Below are positions 54,343 to 63,914 of a stretch of DNA of 64,000 bases, piece by piece. Position 1 is the stretch's first letter; the number at the start of each line of letters is the position of its first letter. The DNA is taken from the IMG/VR virus record IMGVR_UViG_3300005805_000059, positions 1 through 64,000 of that record; one strand, 5' to 3'. The notes below the pieces were generated by a model. That model was given only the letters and a program-made list of their open reading frames with translations, made no database searches and was not told where the DNA came from. A program made the translations under genes and the position numbers. The DNA is from a virus. Its lineage: Duplodnaviria > Caudoviricetes.

Positions 54343-54651
54343 TTAAATAAGACCTTTTTCACCAAGTTGTACACCTGATGCTGCTTCCACAATCTTATAG
54401 ACTGTAGGAAGGTCAATATTATCCTCCAATGCAACAAGATTTTCTGCTAAGTCTGGAGAGTATTGTTGCATTGCAATTCCAACACATTCCATAAGTACAC
54501 TCATAGACTTTTCATTGTTATCCGCTACCTTTGAAATTTCTTCAAATTTCTTCATAAATGGTTTTAGCAATGAAATTTTGAGAGGTCGCAACTCAATTTT
54601 TGTACCGTCAATAAGTTGTACGACTTCGGTTTCGTGCTTAGTTGTTGCCAT
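54343..54651 (-). CDS. Tail assembly chaperone, G-like (short paralogue)
   Basis: Directly upstream of TMP; LIDGTKIELRPLK. Confidence 0.7.
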   Translation of the reverse strand: MATTKHETEVVQLIDGTKIELRPLKISLLKPFMKKFEEISKVADNNEKSMSVLMECVGIAMQQYSPDLAENLVALEDNIDLPTVYKIVEAASGVQLGEKGLI

Positions 54652-54684
54652 ATTTTTCCTCCTATATAGGCTGTATTAATTATA

Positions 54685-55410
54685 TCATACCGTGTCCGAT
54701 TTTGTGGGTAATTGGTTATCATAATCAAGCCCAAAACCAATACCAAATCCAGCCTTTTGAGCAGTAACTCCTTGTAAACTTAATATGTCGTCTGGATCGC
54801 TAGTAGCACCTTTACTAAACACTCTAGCCTTCATTTCTTCCCATTTATTTTGTGCAGACTCTTTGTTCCCTTTATCAAGATCTACACCTTGAAGTGCTGC
54901 TAAAAATTTCTTTTCATTATACTCTAGTTCTCTTTTACTAGATAAAATAGCAAGTAATTCTGTTAAAGACAGGTTAGTTTCAAGTTCTTCAAAATCAGAC
55001 CATTTACCAATAATGAATACCTCTGCTTCTAAGACAGCCAAATCTAGATCGTCCCACCCATTACCTTTTTGTTGTGATCTAGACTCTTGTATATCTGGAT
55101 CTCCATTTGGGTCTTTTTTTAATTTTAGTCCCGCCCCATATTCTAGTAAATCATAAAGTGTATCCATATCAAAATTATCCTCAACATCTGCTATTGTTTT
55201 TATTTTGTCTGGCAAAAATTGTTGCATAGACTCATAGGCACAGGCTATGAATATGTCTAATGACTCTTCATTTGACAATGCTTTTGTAGCATCTCTATCA
55301 TGAAATATGTCCATTACTTTACGAAGATACTTTAATTTTAACGGCTTAATCTCTATTTGAGTACCGTCAATTAATGATATAATTTTGGTTTTATAAACTT
55401 GTGTAGCCAC
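54685..55410 (-). CDS. Tail assembly chaperone, GT-like (long paralogue)
   Basis: LIDGTQIEIKPLK N-terminus plus C-terminal W..F.ELE.NLSL.EL T-like domain. Confidence 0.7.
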   Translation of the reverse strand: MATQVYKTKIISLIDGTQIEIKPLKLKYLRKVMDIFHDRDATKALSNEESLDIFIACAYESMQQFLPDKIKTIADVEDNFDMDTLYDLLEYGAGLKLKKDPNGDPDIQESRSQQKGNGWDDLDLAVLEAEVFIIGKWSDFEELETNLSLTELLAILSSKRELEYNEKKFLAALQGVDLDKGNKESAQNKWEEMKARVFSKGATSDPDDILSLQGVTAQKAGFGIGFGLDYDNQLPTKSDTV

Positions 55411-55442
55411 GCTTCTCCTATTTGTACTATTTTACCATAAAA

Positions 55443-55471
55443 CAATGCCCCCCAGAGTATGGGAGGCATTG
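55443..55471 (-). terminator. Intrinsic terminator after major tail gene
   Basis: CAATGCCTCCCA...TGGGGGGCATTG then TTTT. Confidence 0.75.
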
Positions 55472-55493
55472 CACCAAGGTAGCGTAACCTTAA

Positions 55494-56138
55494 TTATGAG
55501 AGCGATGTTGTTGATCGGTCAATGATCTTACCATAAGAACCTGAAGTATCTTCTGGAAGTAGACGGAACGAAACTTCGAACATCGTTGCTTCATCACGCT
55601 TTGCAGATACAGTAACATTCTCAATTGACAATGCACGATATGCTACATAAACACGCTCAAATTCGGATGAGTTTGCACAGTCGCCTGTTCCTGGACCTAC
55701 AGCCACAAGACCACGCTCAACTGGACATTCACCGAGTTCACCTGCTGAGAGATTTAGAACCTCACCTGCAGACAATTCACGATCACCACTTCGTTGATTG
55801 TCATTGTATGCCAACGCAACAAGAAGGTTTTCAAGTGTTGCTTCTGCGAAAGCAGTAGCCAAGTTCACCTGCATACCTTGCTTGAAAAGTTTAGCCACAT
55901 CCAACAATTGGTCAACCTGCACCTCACCAAAATCTGGCTGGAACTGAAGTTCAAGACCGTTCATTGTATAACCAACATTGCGGAAATTTGCTGCGTAATC
56001 ACCACCAAGATCAAGAGTTGTCTTAACTGATTCTCCTGCCTTAATGATATCGCTATCTCCATCAAGGATGTCATCTGCAACAAACATTGCAGCAGCACCC
56101 ACGATGATATTCTTCGATTCACCACGCTTATATGCCAT
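55494..56138 (-). CDS. Major tail protein
   Basis: NIIVGAA, VGYTMNGLEL, VDQLLD, ATLENL, FEVSFRLLP. Confidence 0.85.
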   Translation of the reverse strand: MAYKRGESKNIIVGAAAMFVADDILDGDSDIIKAGESVKTTLDLGGDYAANFRNVGYTMNGLELQFQPDFGEVQVDQLLDVAKLFKQGMQVNLATAFAEATLENLLVALAYNDNQRSGDRELSAGEVLNLSAGELGECPVERGLVAVGPGTGDCANSSEFERVYVAYRALSIENVTVSAKRDEATMFEVSFRLLPEDTSGSYGKIIDRSTTSLS

Positions 56139-56208
56139 AATTTTCACCTCTTCTTTCGATTATGAAATTATAGGGCTTTGTTTCCTCACCCTAAGTATAT
56201 CATTATTT

Positions 56209-56772
56209 TTAAATATATCTTTGGGAGGATGTGCTATTATGATAATCATAATCAATAAGGAGTTTACTTACTGCATACCCCCTCAGAGTGTCTATTTCAC
56301 CTAAATCACGAACCTCTTCAAGTTGATAAACCTTGAAATCATGGAAAAATACATTATGCTCTAATATGTCTGAATTGGGCTTAGAAGGGTCTTTACGGAG
56401 TGGATTATTTCCAGCCTGTCTTTTTATAGCCCAGTCATTTAAATCCTGTGCAGCAGCGTCTGAGCGGTCTAGAAGTTCCCTTAAAATAGCCTCAGCCTGA
56501 TAAACTTTTTCTGGTAGTCCGTATAGATAAACTTGCATTTGTTCACACTTAATTGGATAAAATGGTCCTCTTCTAAGTTTAAATAATTTATCATATTGAA
56601 TCACAATGTCTGGGAATTTTTTATAATTTTTGAGTATATCTTGTATTGATGTTGCTGAGGCTGGAATTGCCACTACTGACTCAAACCCTTCATATTTTAA
56701 AAATTCCTCAATAAGATATTCTTTAATCCAAAATGGAGCATAGGGAATTTCTATAGGTTGTAATTTAGCCAT
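56209..56772 (-). CDS. Tail terminator-like protein
   Basis: Position before major tail gene. Confidence 0.6.
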   Translation of the reverse strand: MAKLQPIEIPYAPFWIKEYLIEEFLKYEGFESVVAIPASATSIQDILKNYKKFPDIVIQYDKLFKLRRGPFYPIKCEQMQVYLYGLPEKVYQAEAILRELLDRSDAAAQDLNDWAIKRQAGNNPLRKDPSKPNSDILEHNVFFHDFKVYQLEEVRDLGEIDTLRGYAVSKLLIDYDYHNSTSSQRYI

Positions 56773-56776
56773 AAGA

Positions 56777-57454
56777 CTATTCTACCTCAACCTTTATACT
56801 TGTTATCCATTTTGTTCCAGCCTTTACTCCAGCAGCCTTACCCTGCTTACCTCCAGCACCAAATGATTCCTCAAATGCTCTTGGATTTTCTAACTTTTGC
56901 TTAACTCCACTTGACATTAAAAATGCTTGAGAAAAGTATCTTTGAAAAAATTGGTTAAATATTGTTTGGTATTGTCCAGCAGTCGCTCCACCAGGATTAT
57001 CTACTCTGACAGGATTTGGAGTAAATACCTGTTCTCCATTAACTTCAAATGCAAGAACACGAGATGTTCTAGGAGCAATAACTACTGACATACCACTTTC
57101 CATTACTCTGGCTTTATCAAAAAATGGGGTATTAGATCCTTGTTGAATACTTGTTGACTGCTTAAAGTTAGACATAAAATTAATTGTATCTTCAGAAGCC
57201 TTGAACTGTATATCAAATAGTCTAGCATCTGGACTACCTGTTCTATACCACTCATAAATATGATGCAATAAATCTGGATTGCTTCTAGCAGCAGCATCTA
57301 TATACTTATCTGCCATATCCTTAACTGATTCACCAAGATTATTCATAAACATCTTTTTCCCCTGCTTTGTTCCGTCAAGGAATCCAATTGAATAATTTAT
57401 AACATTATTCATTGTTTTATTAAATTCTTTAGTATTAAATTTTACTTTTATCAA
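56777..57454 (-). CDS. Neck / tail-completion protein
   Basis: Position in head-tail module. Confidence 0.6.
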   Translation of the reverse strand: MIKVKFNTKEFNKTMNNVINYSIGFLDGTKQGKKMFMNNLGESVKDMADKYIDAAARSNPDLLHHIYEWYRTGSPDARLFDIQFKASEDTINFMSNFKQSTSIQQGSNTPFFDKARVMESGMSVVIAPRTSRVLAFEVNGEQVFTPNPVRVDNPGGATAGQYQTIFNQFFQRYFSQAFLMSSGVKQKLENPRAFEESFGAGGKQGKAAGVKAGTKWITSIKVEVE

Positions 57455-57894
57455 TCGTCAACACCTTGATTCTCAGTTCTACGCAAGGTTAAATTATAAT
57501 ACTCAATATTTCCAAATGGACCAACAAATGGATCAAAGGCAACAACTTCAAATAGTGTTCCTTTTCCTTCTCGCTCACCAGAAGTTTCCATATAAATTAA
57601 ATCATCATAGGCATTACGAATGTTTGCAAATAAAATATTTGATATAGGATATTTTTCTCCAGTTCTAGATGTTCTTACATCAATTTGAATTCTACCAACT
57701 AAACGATCTTTGGGATGAACATATGCATCTACAGGAATATCTTCTTTAGATAAATTATCTTGAAGAAAACTACAGTTAATTGTTCTTTCAAAAGACCAAT
57801 CTTTTTTAATTTGACCATACATATTTTGTTCTACTTGTGGATAGTAAATATCTACTTTCATTGGAAACAAAAAGTCGGAACCGCAGCACCCCAT
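57451..57894 (-). CDS. Head-closure / stopper protein
   Basis: Position; NQYGQIKKDW-like pattern. Confidence 0.6.
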   Translation of the reverse strand: MGCCGSDFLFPMKVDIYYPQVEQNMYGQIKKDWSFERTINCSFLQDNLSKEDIPVDAYVHPKDRLVGRIQIDVRTSRTGEKYPISNILFANIRNAYDDLIYMETSGEREGKGTLFEVVAFDPFVGPFGNIEYYNLTLRRTENQGVDD

Positions 57895-58809
57895 TTATAG
57901 CACCCCAAATTTATGAATTGCTGGAGTATATTTTGCTAGAATTTTGTCAACAATTAAATTACCTGTTCCATTCATCATCTTGGGATCATATTCTAATTTA
58001 AATTGATCTGTGCTATATGATTTTACATATCGTTTATAGTAGTCTATCTTGCCACACTTGATATCTTCAATTAACAAATCTGTTGCTCGTTTAATATCAG
58101 AAGGTACTACTTGATACCCTGTTTCTAAATAGAATATGTAATCATAATCTTTTGGAAACATTGTGCTTGCTCTTCCATAGATATCTAATGTATCTGAAAC
58201 ACCTGCAGGGAAAGCAAGGGCTGCTGCTTGCCTACGATTATAATCATTTTCTACATGGCGTGTAATTGCAGTTTTATCTTCAGTAACATGGAAGGTTGCA
58301 CCTTCAAGACCTGGGTTGTGATCAATATGATCAAATACAATTACATTGTTTTCAACAACAGTTAAAATTTTATGTGGCTTATACCAAATAGGAATATAGT
58401 CTGCACCAAGCCCTACTGTTTCCACAACTGTCTTTTTGTAATAGAATCCACCTGTAATAGCATCAATGAGGAGTCGTGCTAGTTCTTCATATGACTGATT
58501 TTGTGCGAACTCTGAAGCGGTATCTCCAGTAATTGTAGTATATGGTCTAACTATTTCTAGTCTATCTTCTACTACCTTGTCACCATCAATACCATCGTCA
58601 CTTTCATAAATTCCTACAGAGTATGTCTCATCATATAAATAAGCATCTTCTGGTAGTTCTACAACAATTTGTAAATTAGATGGCTCAACTATAGTATCTA
58701 TTAATAGATCTCCAATTGAGTCTTGTATATAAATACTATAAAGTGTCTCATTGGATGGTACATCAAAAGTTACAGTTAGTGGAAATGGTGGTACTCGTAA
58801 AATAATCAT
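57895..58809 (-). CDS. Head-tail adaptor protein
   Basis: VPSDIKRAT..LIED, GTGNLIVDKIL. Confidence 0.7.
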   Translation of the reverse strand: MIILRVPPFPLTVTFDVPSNETLYSIYIQDSIGDLLIDTIVEPSNLQIVVELPEDAYLYDETYSVGIYESDDGIDGDKVVEDRLEIVRPYTTITGDTASEFAQNQSYEELARLLIDAITGGFYYKKTVVETVGLGADYIPIWYKPHKILTVVENNVIVFDHIDHNPGLEGATFHVTEDKTAITRHVENDYNRRQAAALAFPAGVSDTLDIYGRASTMFPKDYDYIFYLETGYQVVPSDIKRATDLLIEDIKCGKIDYYKRYVKSYSTDQFKLEYDPKMMNGTGNLIVDKILAKYTPAIHKFGVL

Positions 58810-58813
58810 ATTG

Positions 58814-59143
58814 TTATCCGTAATAGTTGGCTACTTCTGCTGGTGATGCTTCTCGTACCGCTTTATGTTGTAGCCACTTTTCGGATGCCTCCTTCGTTAC
58901 AATGTTGTAACCTTTTTGTAATGAACCCACACCATTCCAAGTTAGGTTTTTCTCTGAAAAAACTGCAACCTTTTCTCCAGAGTTTTCTTTCTTAATCTCT
59001 TCTTTCTTTTCAGGATTGAAACTAGAAATAACTTCTAGAATTTCTGCCTTTTTAGAAACGCCTTCTAAATTGATATTATGCTCTTTGGCATAAGATCGCA
59101 ATTCAAGAACTGTCTTTTTAGACATTTCTTCCATAAAAGACAT
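58814..59143 (-). CDS. Rho-N/HeH-like domain protein
   Basis: KKTVLELRSYAKEHNINLEGVSKKAEIL. Confidence 0.7.
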   Translation of the reverse strand: MSFMEEMSKKTVLELRSYAKEHNINLEGVSKKAEILEVISSFNPEKKEEIKKENSGEKVAVFSEKNLTWNGVGSLQKGYNIVTKEASEKWLQHKAVREASPAEVANYYG

Positions 59144-59151
59144 TTTTCCTC

Positions 59152-59457
59152 CTAGGGTAGATATTTCTTAACTTCATCTTCTGAAGCAAATCTTACTTTT
59201 TTATGCTTCGTTACAATTTCTGCTACATCTTCTGAAACCTTAGAATATCCATTTTTTACTGCAATGCCATCTACTGTTACTTGTTTTGCTGCATAGATTG
59301 CCACATCATTTTTAGCCTTCTTTTTTACTACTGGCTTTTCAACAATTTCTTCTTTAACTGCTGGCTCTTCTGCTACCTTTTCAGCCTTTGGTTCTTCATC
59401 TAATACAAAAAAGTCTTTATCTTCAAAGACTTCTTCTTTGTCATAAAAGTTTTCCAT
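59152..59457 (-). CDS. Hypothetical protein, C-terminal domain paralogous to 58814-59143
   Basis: VAIYA..GYSKV..HKKVRFAS..EV; start moved to MENFY. Confidence 0.7.
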   Translation of the reverse strand: MENFYDKEEVFEDKDFFVLDEEPKAEKVAEEPAVKEEIVEKPVVKKKAKNDVAIYAAKQVTVDGIAVKNGYSKVSEDVAEIVTKHKKVRFASEDEVKKYLP

Positions 59458-59492
59458 TATTACCTCCACATATATTATACCAGAATATGACG

Positions 59493-59520
59493 AAGAGGAG
59501 TGGTATTTCACACTCCTCTT
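59493..59520 (-). terminator. Hairpin terminator after major capsid gene
   Basis: AAGAGGAGTG-...-CACTCCTCTT perfect 10-bp stem. Confidence 0.7.
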
Positions 59521-59538
59521 GCCATATCAAAGATCAGA

Positions 59539-60600
59539 TTATGAATCTGCTCCTGCATCAGCGTAAGCGACTGCATCCAATTCTTCCCATTGGATACCAA
59601 ATCGGACGAATACTGTGTATTCAATTGTGTCCTTCTTTGGCTTGTACTCACGGTTGACGGTGATGTCACGCTGGAAGCCCCATACACGGTTCTGTGGGAA
59701 TGTCAAATCGACATAACCTTCAGGGTAGTAAGGAACTTCAAGAACATCAATACCCAATACACGAGTTGTTCGTGCATTGCCTACTGTCTGTGCTGCACCG
59801 TTAAGGTATGCTGCACGAGAAGCATCGGTTGAACCGACTGCATCCCAGTATGTACCATTGTTCTTTACGATACCAGCAAATACATCTGTACCTGCGTAGA
59901 ACTTCATTCCAGATCGCAAAGCACGATACTTTCGTGGCATTGCAAGGATGATGTCCTGCATAACTTCTGGTGTCCATGCATTATCAGCAACTGTAACGAC
60001 TGCTTCATGAGCATCGCCATCAAGTGCCTTTGGCACGAAACCTTCCATAATAGAAAGGAAGTCGCCTGTAGATCCATCACCATTGATAGCCAAATCTTCT
60101 AGGTCATTACCAAAAGCATTGGTCATCAAACGGACTAGATGGTCTTCAAGAGCACCTCCTTCAATATTATCTTCAAGAGCCTCGGTGGAGACTTCCCAGT
60201 CAAGACGAATCTTCTTGGTTGTCAATTCCACCTTGGTGAAGGTAGCACCAGCGTTTGTATAATCGCCGTCTGCCTGATTAGCAGCACGAATCACACGCTC
60301 GCCCACATTAACTTTTTCAAGTTCCATTGTGTTCGCTCGCATTGTAACTCTACGACCATCTTTGGCGAGAACTGTTGCGTCCCACACATAGTCGATGAAA
60401 CGGCGAGCCTGTTCTGGTCCTAAAATACCACCAGCAACACCTGTTGGGTTGACAGCGTTTGGTCCTGTTGTTACACCATACTCAGCATCTGGAATATTTC
60501 CCAGAGTGTCAAGTGCAGGGTTAGTGACTCCACCAACTCCACCTGATGCAAACGGACCTTCAGCAGCAGCCTTCAGGATCTCTTTTTCTTGTTCCGACAT
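59539..60600 (-). CDS. Major capsid protein (HK97 fold)
   Basis: GGILGPEQARRFID, EVSTEALEDNIEG, FGNDLEDLAINGD; GGAGGTG SD. Confidence 0.92.
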   Translation of the reverse strand: MSEQEKEILKAAAEGPFASGGVGGVTNPALDTLGNIPDAEYGVTTGPNAVNPTGVAGGILGPEQARRFIDYVWDATVLAKDGRRVTMRANTMELEKVNVGERVIRAANQADGDYTNAGATFTKVELTTKKIRLDWEVSTEALEDNIEGGALEDHLVRLMTNAFGNDLEDLAINGDGSTGDFLSIMEGFVPKALDGDAHEAVVTVADNAWTPEVMQDIILAMPRKYRALRSGMKFYAGTDVFAGIVKNNGTYWDAVGSTDASRAAYLNGAAQTVGNARTTRVLGIDVLEVPYYPEGYVDLTFPQNRVWGFQRDITVNREYKPKKDTIEYTVFVRFGIQWEELDAVAYADAGADS

Positions 60601-60623
60601 ATTGTTCACCTCCTATAGTGTTT

Positions 60624-61874
60624 TTATTTGAATAGGTCGGCAGTTTTGAGGAAACGCCCGCCCCATAGGGATTTTTGAACCACTTCGGGTTCCTGCACGA
60701 TCTCGCCAAGATCGCCAGACTTGCGGAAAGCAGTATCGAGTTCAACTGCGTCTACTCGCTTTCCAAACTCATTAAAGTTACCCTTAACTTCACTCAATTC
60801 CTGAGTAACGGCTTCAAGGGACTTTGATAGTGCAACAACTTGCTCGTGAAGTGATTTCACGGTTGTTGCAAGATCGCCAAAGGCATTAGTTACTGTTTCT
60901 TTGATTTCGGAGACTGACTTTTCTAGATTATCTTCGACTACAACTTCTTCAGCAACAACTGGTTCAGAAGGAACATCTTCAGGAGAAACTGACTTTTCAA
61001 CTTCTACTGGGGCTTCTTCTGCGACTACGGCTTCTTCAACCAAAACTTCTGGCTGTGCCTCTGGAGCGACCTCAACATTTTCAACTGCAGTTACCTCAAC
61101 AACTGCTTCTTGATTTTCTGTCATAGGACTTACCTCCTCATTCTTCTTAATTGTCACAATGCCTTTAGCACTATCAACTAAGAACTTTACTATTTCTGCA
61201 TCATTGTTTTCTACAAAACCAATATTCTGCATTGTGGTATCACAGGATGGACAATACGCACTCTCTTCTTCTGTAAGTTGAACAATATCATCAGACTTGC
61301 AGTAGTAAACATTATCGATAACAGCCTTTGACAAATATCCACCAAGGACATCTTGTCCGTTTACCTTTTCGATAGAAATTACATTTGCAAACTGATTTGC
61401 AGGATTATCAACGAGTGATAGTTCGTGCAGTTCATATTGCTTAATGATACGGATTGATTTATCTAACTTAGCGTCATATCCGTCATCATATTTTTGGATG
61501 CTTCCCCCTATTGAGAAACCTGTGTATGTTCCGTCTAAAACCTTCTCCCAAGCATCCTGAGCACCCTTCGACACATACGCAGATACAAAAACACCTTTAT
61601 AGAATTGCTTGGTTTCTGGATCGAAATAACGATCCTCTTTGAAGGAAACTACTTTTCCTACTGCACTTGGGGTGTGCATTTCACGCAAATTACCACGAAA
61701 CTTTTTGAATGCATCAAGACTAGCGTCTGCTGTAATAATGTCGCCTTGCTTATCAATGTTGTCCAAAGTAGCAAAGCCTGATACTAATCTACGCTCTACA
61801 TCAACCTTGTTGATGGGCATAGAGAAACGCACATTGTCTCCGTCAGTGACGAAGTTAGCCTTGTTGATAATCAT
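60624..61874 (-). CDS. Prohead protease with acidic scaffold domain
   Basis: SGFATLDNIDKQGD, REMH, GFSIGG, ELSLVDNPAN; E/V/A-rich C-terminus. Confidence 0.9.
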   Translation of the reverse strand: MIINKANFVTDGDNVRFSMPINKVDVERRLVSGFATLDNIDKQGDIITADASLDAFKKFRGNLREMHTPSAVGKVVSFKEDRYFDPETKQFYKGVFVSAYVSKGAQDAWEKVLDGTYTGFSIGGSIQKYDDGYDAKLDKSIRIIKQYELHELSLVDNPANQFANVISIEKVNGQDVLGGYLSKAVIDNVYYCKSDDIVQLTEEESAYCPSCDTTMQNIGFVENNDAEIVKFLVDSAKGIVTIKKNEEVSPMTENQEAVVEVTAVENVEVAPEAQPEVLVEEAVVAEEAPVEVEKSVSPEDVPSEPVVAEEVVVEDNLEKSVSEIKETVTNAFGDLATTVKSLHEQVVALSKSLEAVTQELSEVKGNFNEFGKRVDAVELDTAFRKSGDLGEIVQEPEVVQKSLWGGRFLKTADLFK

Positions 61875-61918
61875 CCCTTATATTATACCAAACTTTTTTA
61901 CAAATATCCGATTTGTCC

Positions 61919-63514
61919 TTATTCGGATGATCTGCCTTCACCTTGAGGATTCCTACCACTAATTGTAGCAGGACTATCAGATGAATTGTTTGCCCTTTCT
62001 GCATCTCGTTCTCTGTTACCAGCCAAATTTGCCCTAGCGTCAGTTGCTTGTCGTGGAGACATTACAAATGGCTCATCACCATCTGGTCTTTGTGGCAATC
62101 CTACCTTTTCACGAGCCTCATTTGGTGTCATAACCTGAGTCTTTACATATCGTTCTATAATTTGTGATTGTGCAACTTCATCAGTCAATGTCATTTCATT
62201 GAATCGAAGTTCAAGAATGTCTGTCTTTTCACGGACAATCTTGTTAACCACTTTTTCTAGGTGTCTTTGAGCAGGTCGTGCAACTTGCTCTTTGAATGTG
62301 CGATCTGCTGCTAATGCTGACGCAACTTGGGAAGATTCTAGACCACCCAACTTTGAAATAGGAACTTGATGTGCAATCAAAATATCATCACGGTTTTGCT
62401 TACGATATTCTTTAAATGAACTATCTTGTATTCCATTTTCAATAGCCTTCATCTCAAACTCTACCTTCCGAGTATCAGTATCTCCTGGAAGTGGAATGTA
62501 GAGAGTTCTATGTGATTGTGCCTTTAGTCCTGTTTGTAGGAATCGGAACATCTTGTCTTCTGAGTCAGGATGTAATTCTGCACCCTTGAGAGTTACGATA
62601 TATCGTGGCACTGCTTTGTTTTCAAAATAATCAATGTTATATTGTGATGCTAGTTGGTCTCCAACAAGTGAAGGCATAGCAGCAACAATATCAGGAACAC
62701 CGTAGTATGTATTTAGTGGTGAGTATTCCTTGATGTGGATAATTTCATTAGGTCGTGGATCATTAGTAATTGGGTTTGGATTCTTTGCCCCGAAGTTTCT
62801 AAAATAAACTACTCGTTCACCAATGATTTGAACATAACCGTCACGAATTCTACGCACACGCATAGTGATTGATGGAATATGTCCTACATATCCAATTTCT
62901 CCAGTTACAGTTCTACCTACCTCAAGATACGCATTTCCTGTTGACTGAAGATCGATATAAATTTTTTCCATTGTTTTAATAAATGAGTCATCATCATTAA
63001 GTGATTCAAGCCATTCTTCAAGTTCCATCTTGGCTCGTTCAATTCTGTTTCTTGCTCTTCCTAGTGCAGCAGTGTCTTCAACCATTTCAAGACGCATAGC
63101 AGTTCGATCTGTAACCTCAAAGTGGTATCCAAGACTTACGATATTTTCTACCTTAGCATCAATGGCTGCGTGATTGGCAAAAGATGTGTCATAAAAGTTA
63201 GCCAATTCATAAAGATTATATGGTGGCGTAATTACATCAAAAAGACCGTAGCCATTACGAAATACCATTCCTGGCTGCAAAGCCTTTGATTCTGCATCAT
63301 CACGACCACCCTGAACAGCATTTGCTGCGTCTAAATATGCTGCTGTTGGTTGAGCCTTATTTAGTTTACGAGTTTCTCGTCTTTTAAAATTTGTGTCAAT
63401 ACCGTTAAATTCTTTTAGTGAGTCCCAAGATTTTGTGAATGGGTCTTTATCTCTAAATGGATTGTCATCACGCTCTTGCGTATTAAGACTAGCCTTTACA
63501 TATTCCTCAGTCAT
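61919..63514 (-). CDS. Portal protein
   Basis: GNAYLEV, EIIHIK.YSP...YYGVPD, YFENKAVP, MTPNEARE. Confidence 0.92.
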   Translation of the reverse strand: MTEEYVKASLNTQERDDNPFRDKDPFTKSWDSLKEFNGIDTNFKRRETRKLNKAQPTAAYLDAANAVQGGRDDAESKALQPGMVFRNGYGLFDVITPPYNLYELANFYDTSFANHAAIDAKVENIVSLGYHFEVTDRTAMRLEMVEDTAALGRARNRIERAKMELEEWLESLNDDDSFIKTMEKIYIDLQSTGNAYLEVGRTVTGEIGYVGHIPSITMRVRRIRDGYVQIIGERVVYFRNFGAKNPNPITNDPRPNEIIHIKEYSPLNTYYGVPDIVAAMPSLVGDQLASQYNIDYFENKAVPRYIVTLKGAELHPDSEDKMFRFLQTGLKAQSHRTLYIPLPGDTDTRKVEFEMKAIENGIQDSSFKEYRKQNRDDILIAHQVPISKLGGLESSQVASALAADRTFKEQVARPAQRHLEKVVNKIVREKTDILELRFNEMTLTDEVAQSQIIERYVKTQVMTPNEAREKVGLPQRPDGDEPFVMSPRQATDARANLAGNRERDAERANNSSDSPATISGRNPQGEGRSSE

Positions 63515-63914
63515 CTAGTGCCTCCTTACCATAAACATCTACTGTGTCTTGGGCTGCTTTCCAAGCACCTAAGTCATTCATAGAAGGAATAAGTCCTTCC
63601 TTCATTCTGTCAAACTGTTCTGTATATTCTTCTTCAGTAATTCTGGTTAACCCAGGTACAAAAACAGCCTGTCCATCTCCAGGATCGCCAAAGTACATTG
63701 CTGCTTGCTTAAGTTTAAGCATTTGATTTAAGTCTCCACGCATAGAAGGAATATTAAGAACATTGCCCTCTCCGTCTGTAAACCATTTACCATTTGCTTT
63801 TTTCCATACATATAGTCCCCAGTCATAATTCTTTTCAATTACCTTTTTACGGACATTGCTGACAATTGGCTTACCTGTTTTTGGGTTTATTGGTGTTTCT
63901 TTTGGTGGTTTCAT
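63507..63914 (-). CDS. Hypothetical protein upstream of portal (leaderless)
   Basis: ATG 7 nt after GGTATAAT. Confidence 0.75.
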   Translation of the reverse strand: MKPPKETPINPKTGKPIVSNVRKKVIEKNYDWGLYVWKKANGKWFTDGEGNVLNIPSMRGDLNQMLKLKQAAMYFGDPGDGQAVFVPGLTRITEEEYTEQFDRMKEGLIPSMNDLGAWKAAQDTVDVYGKEALDD

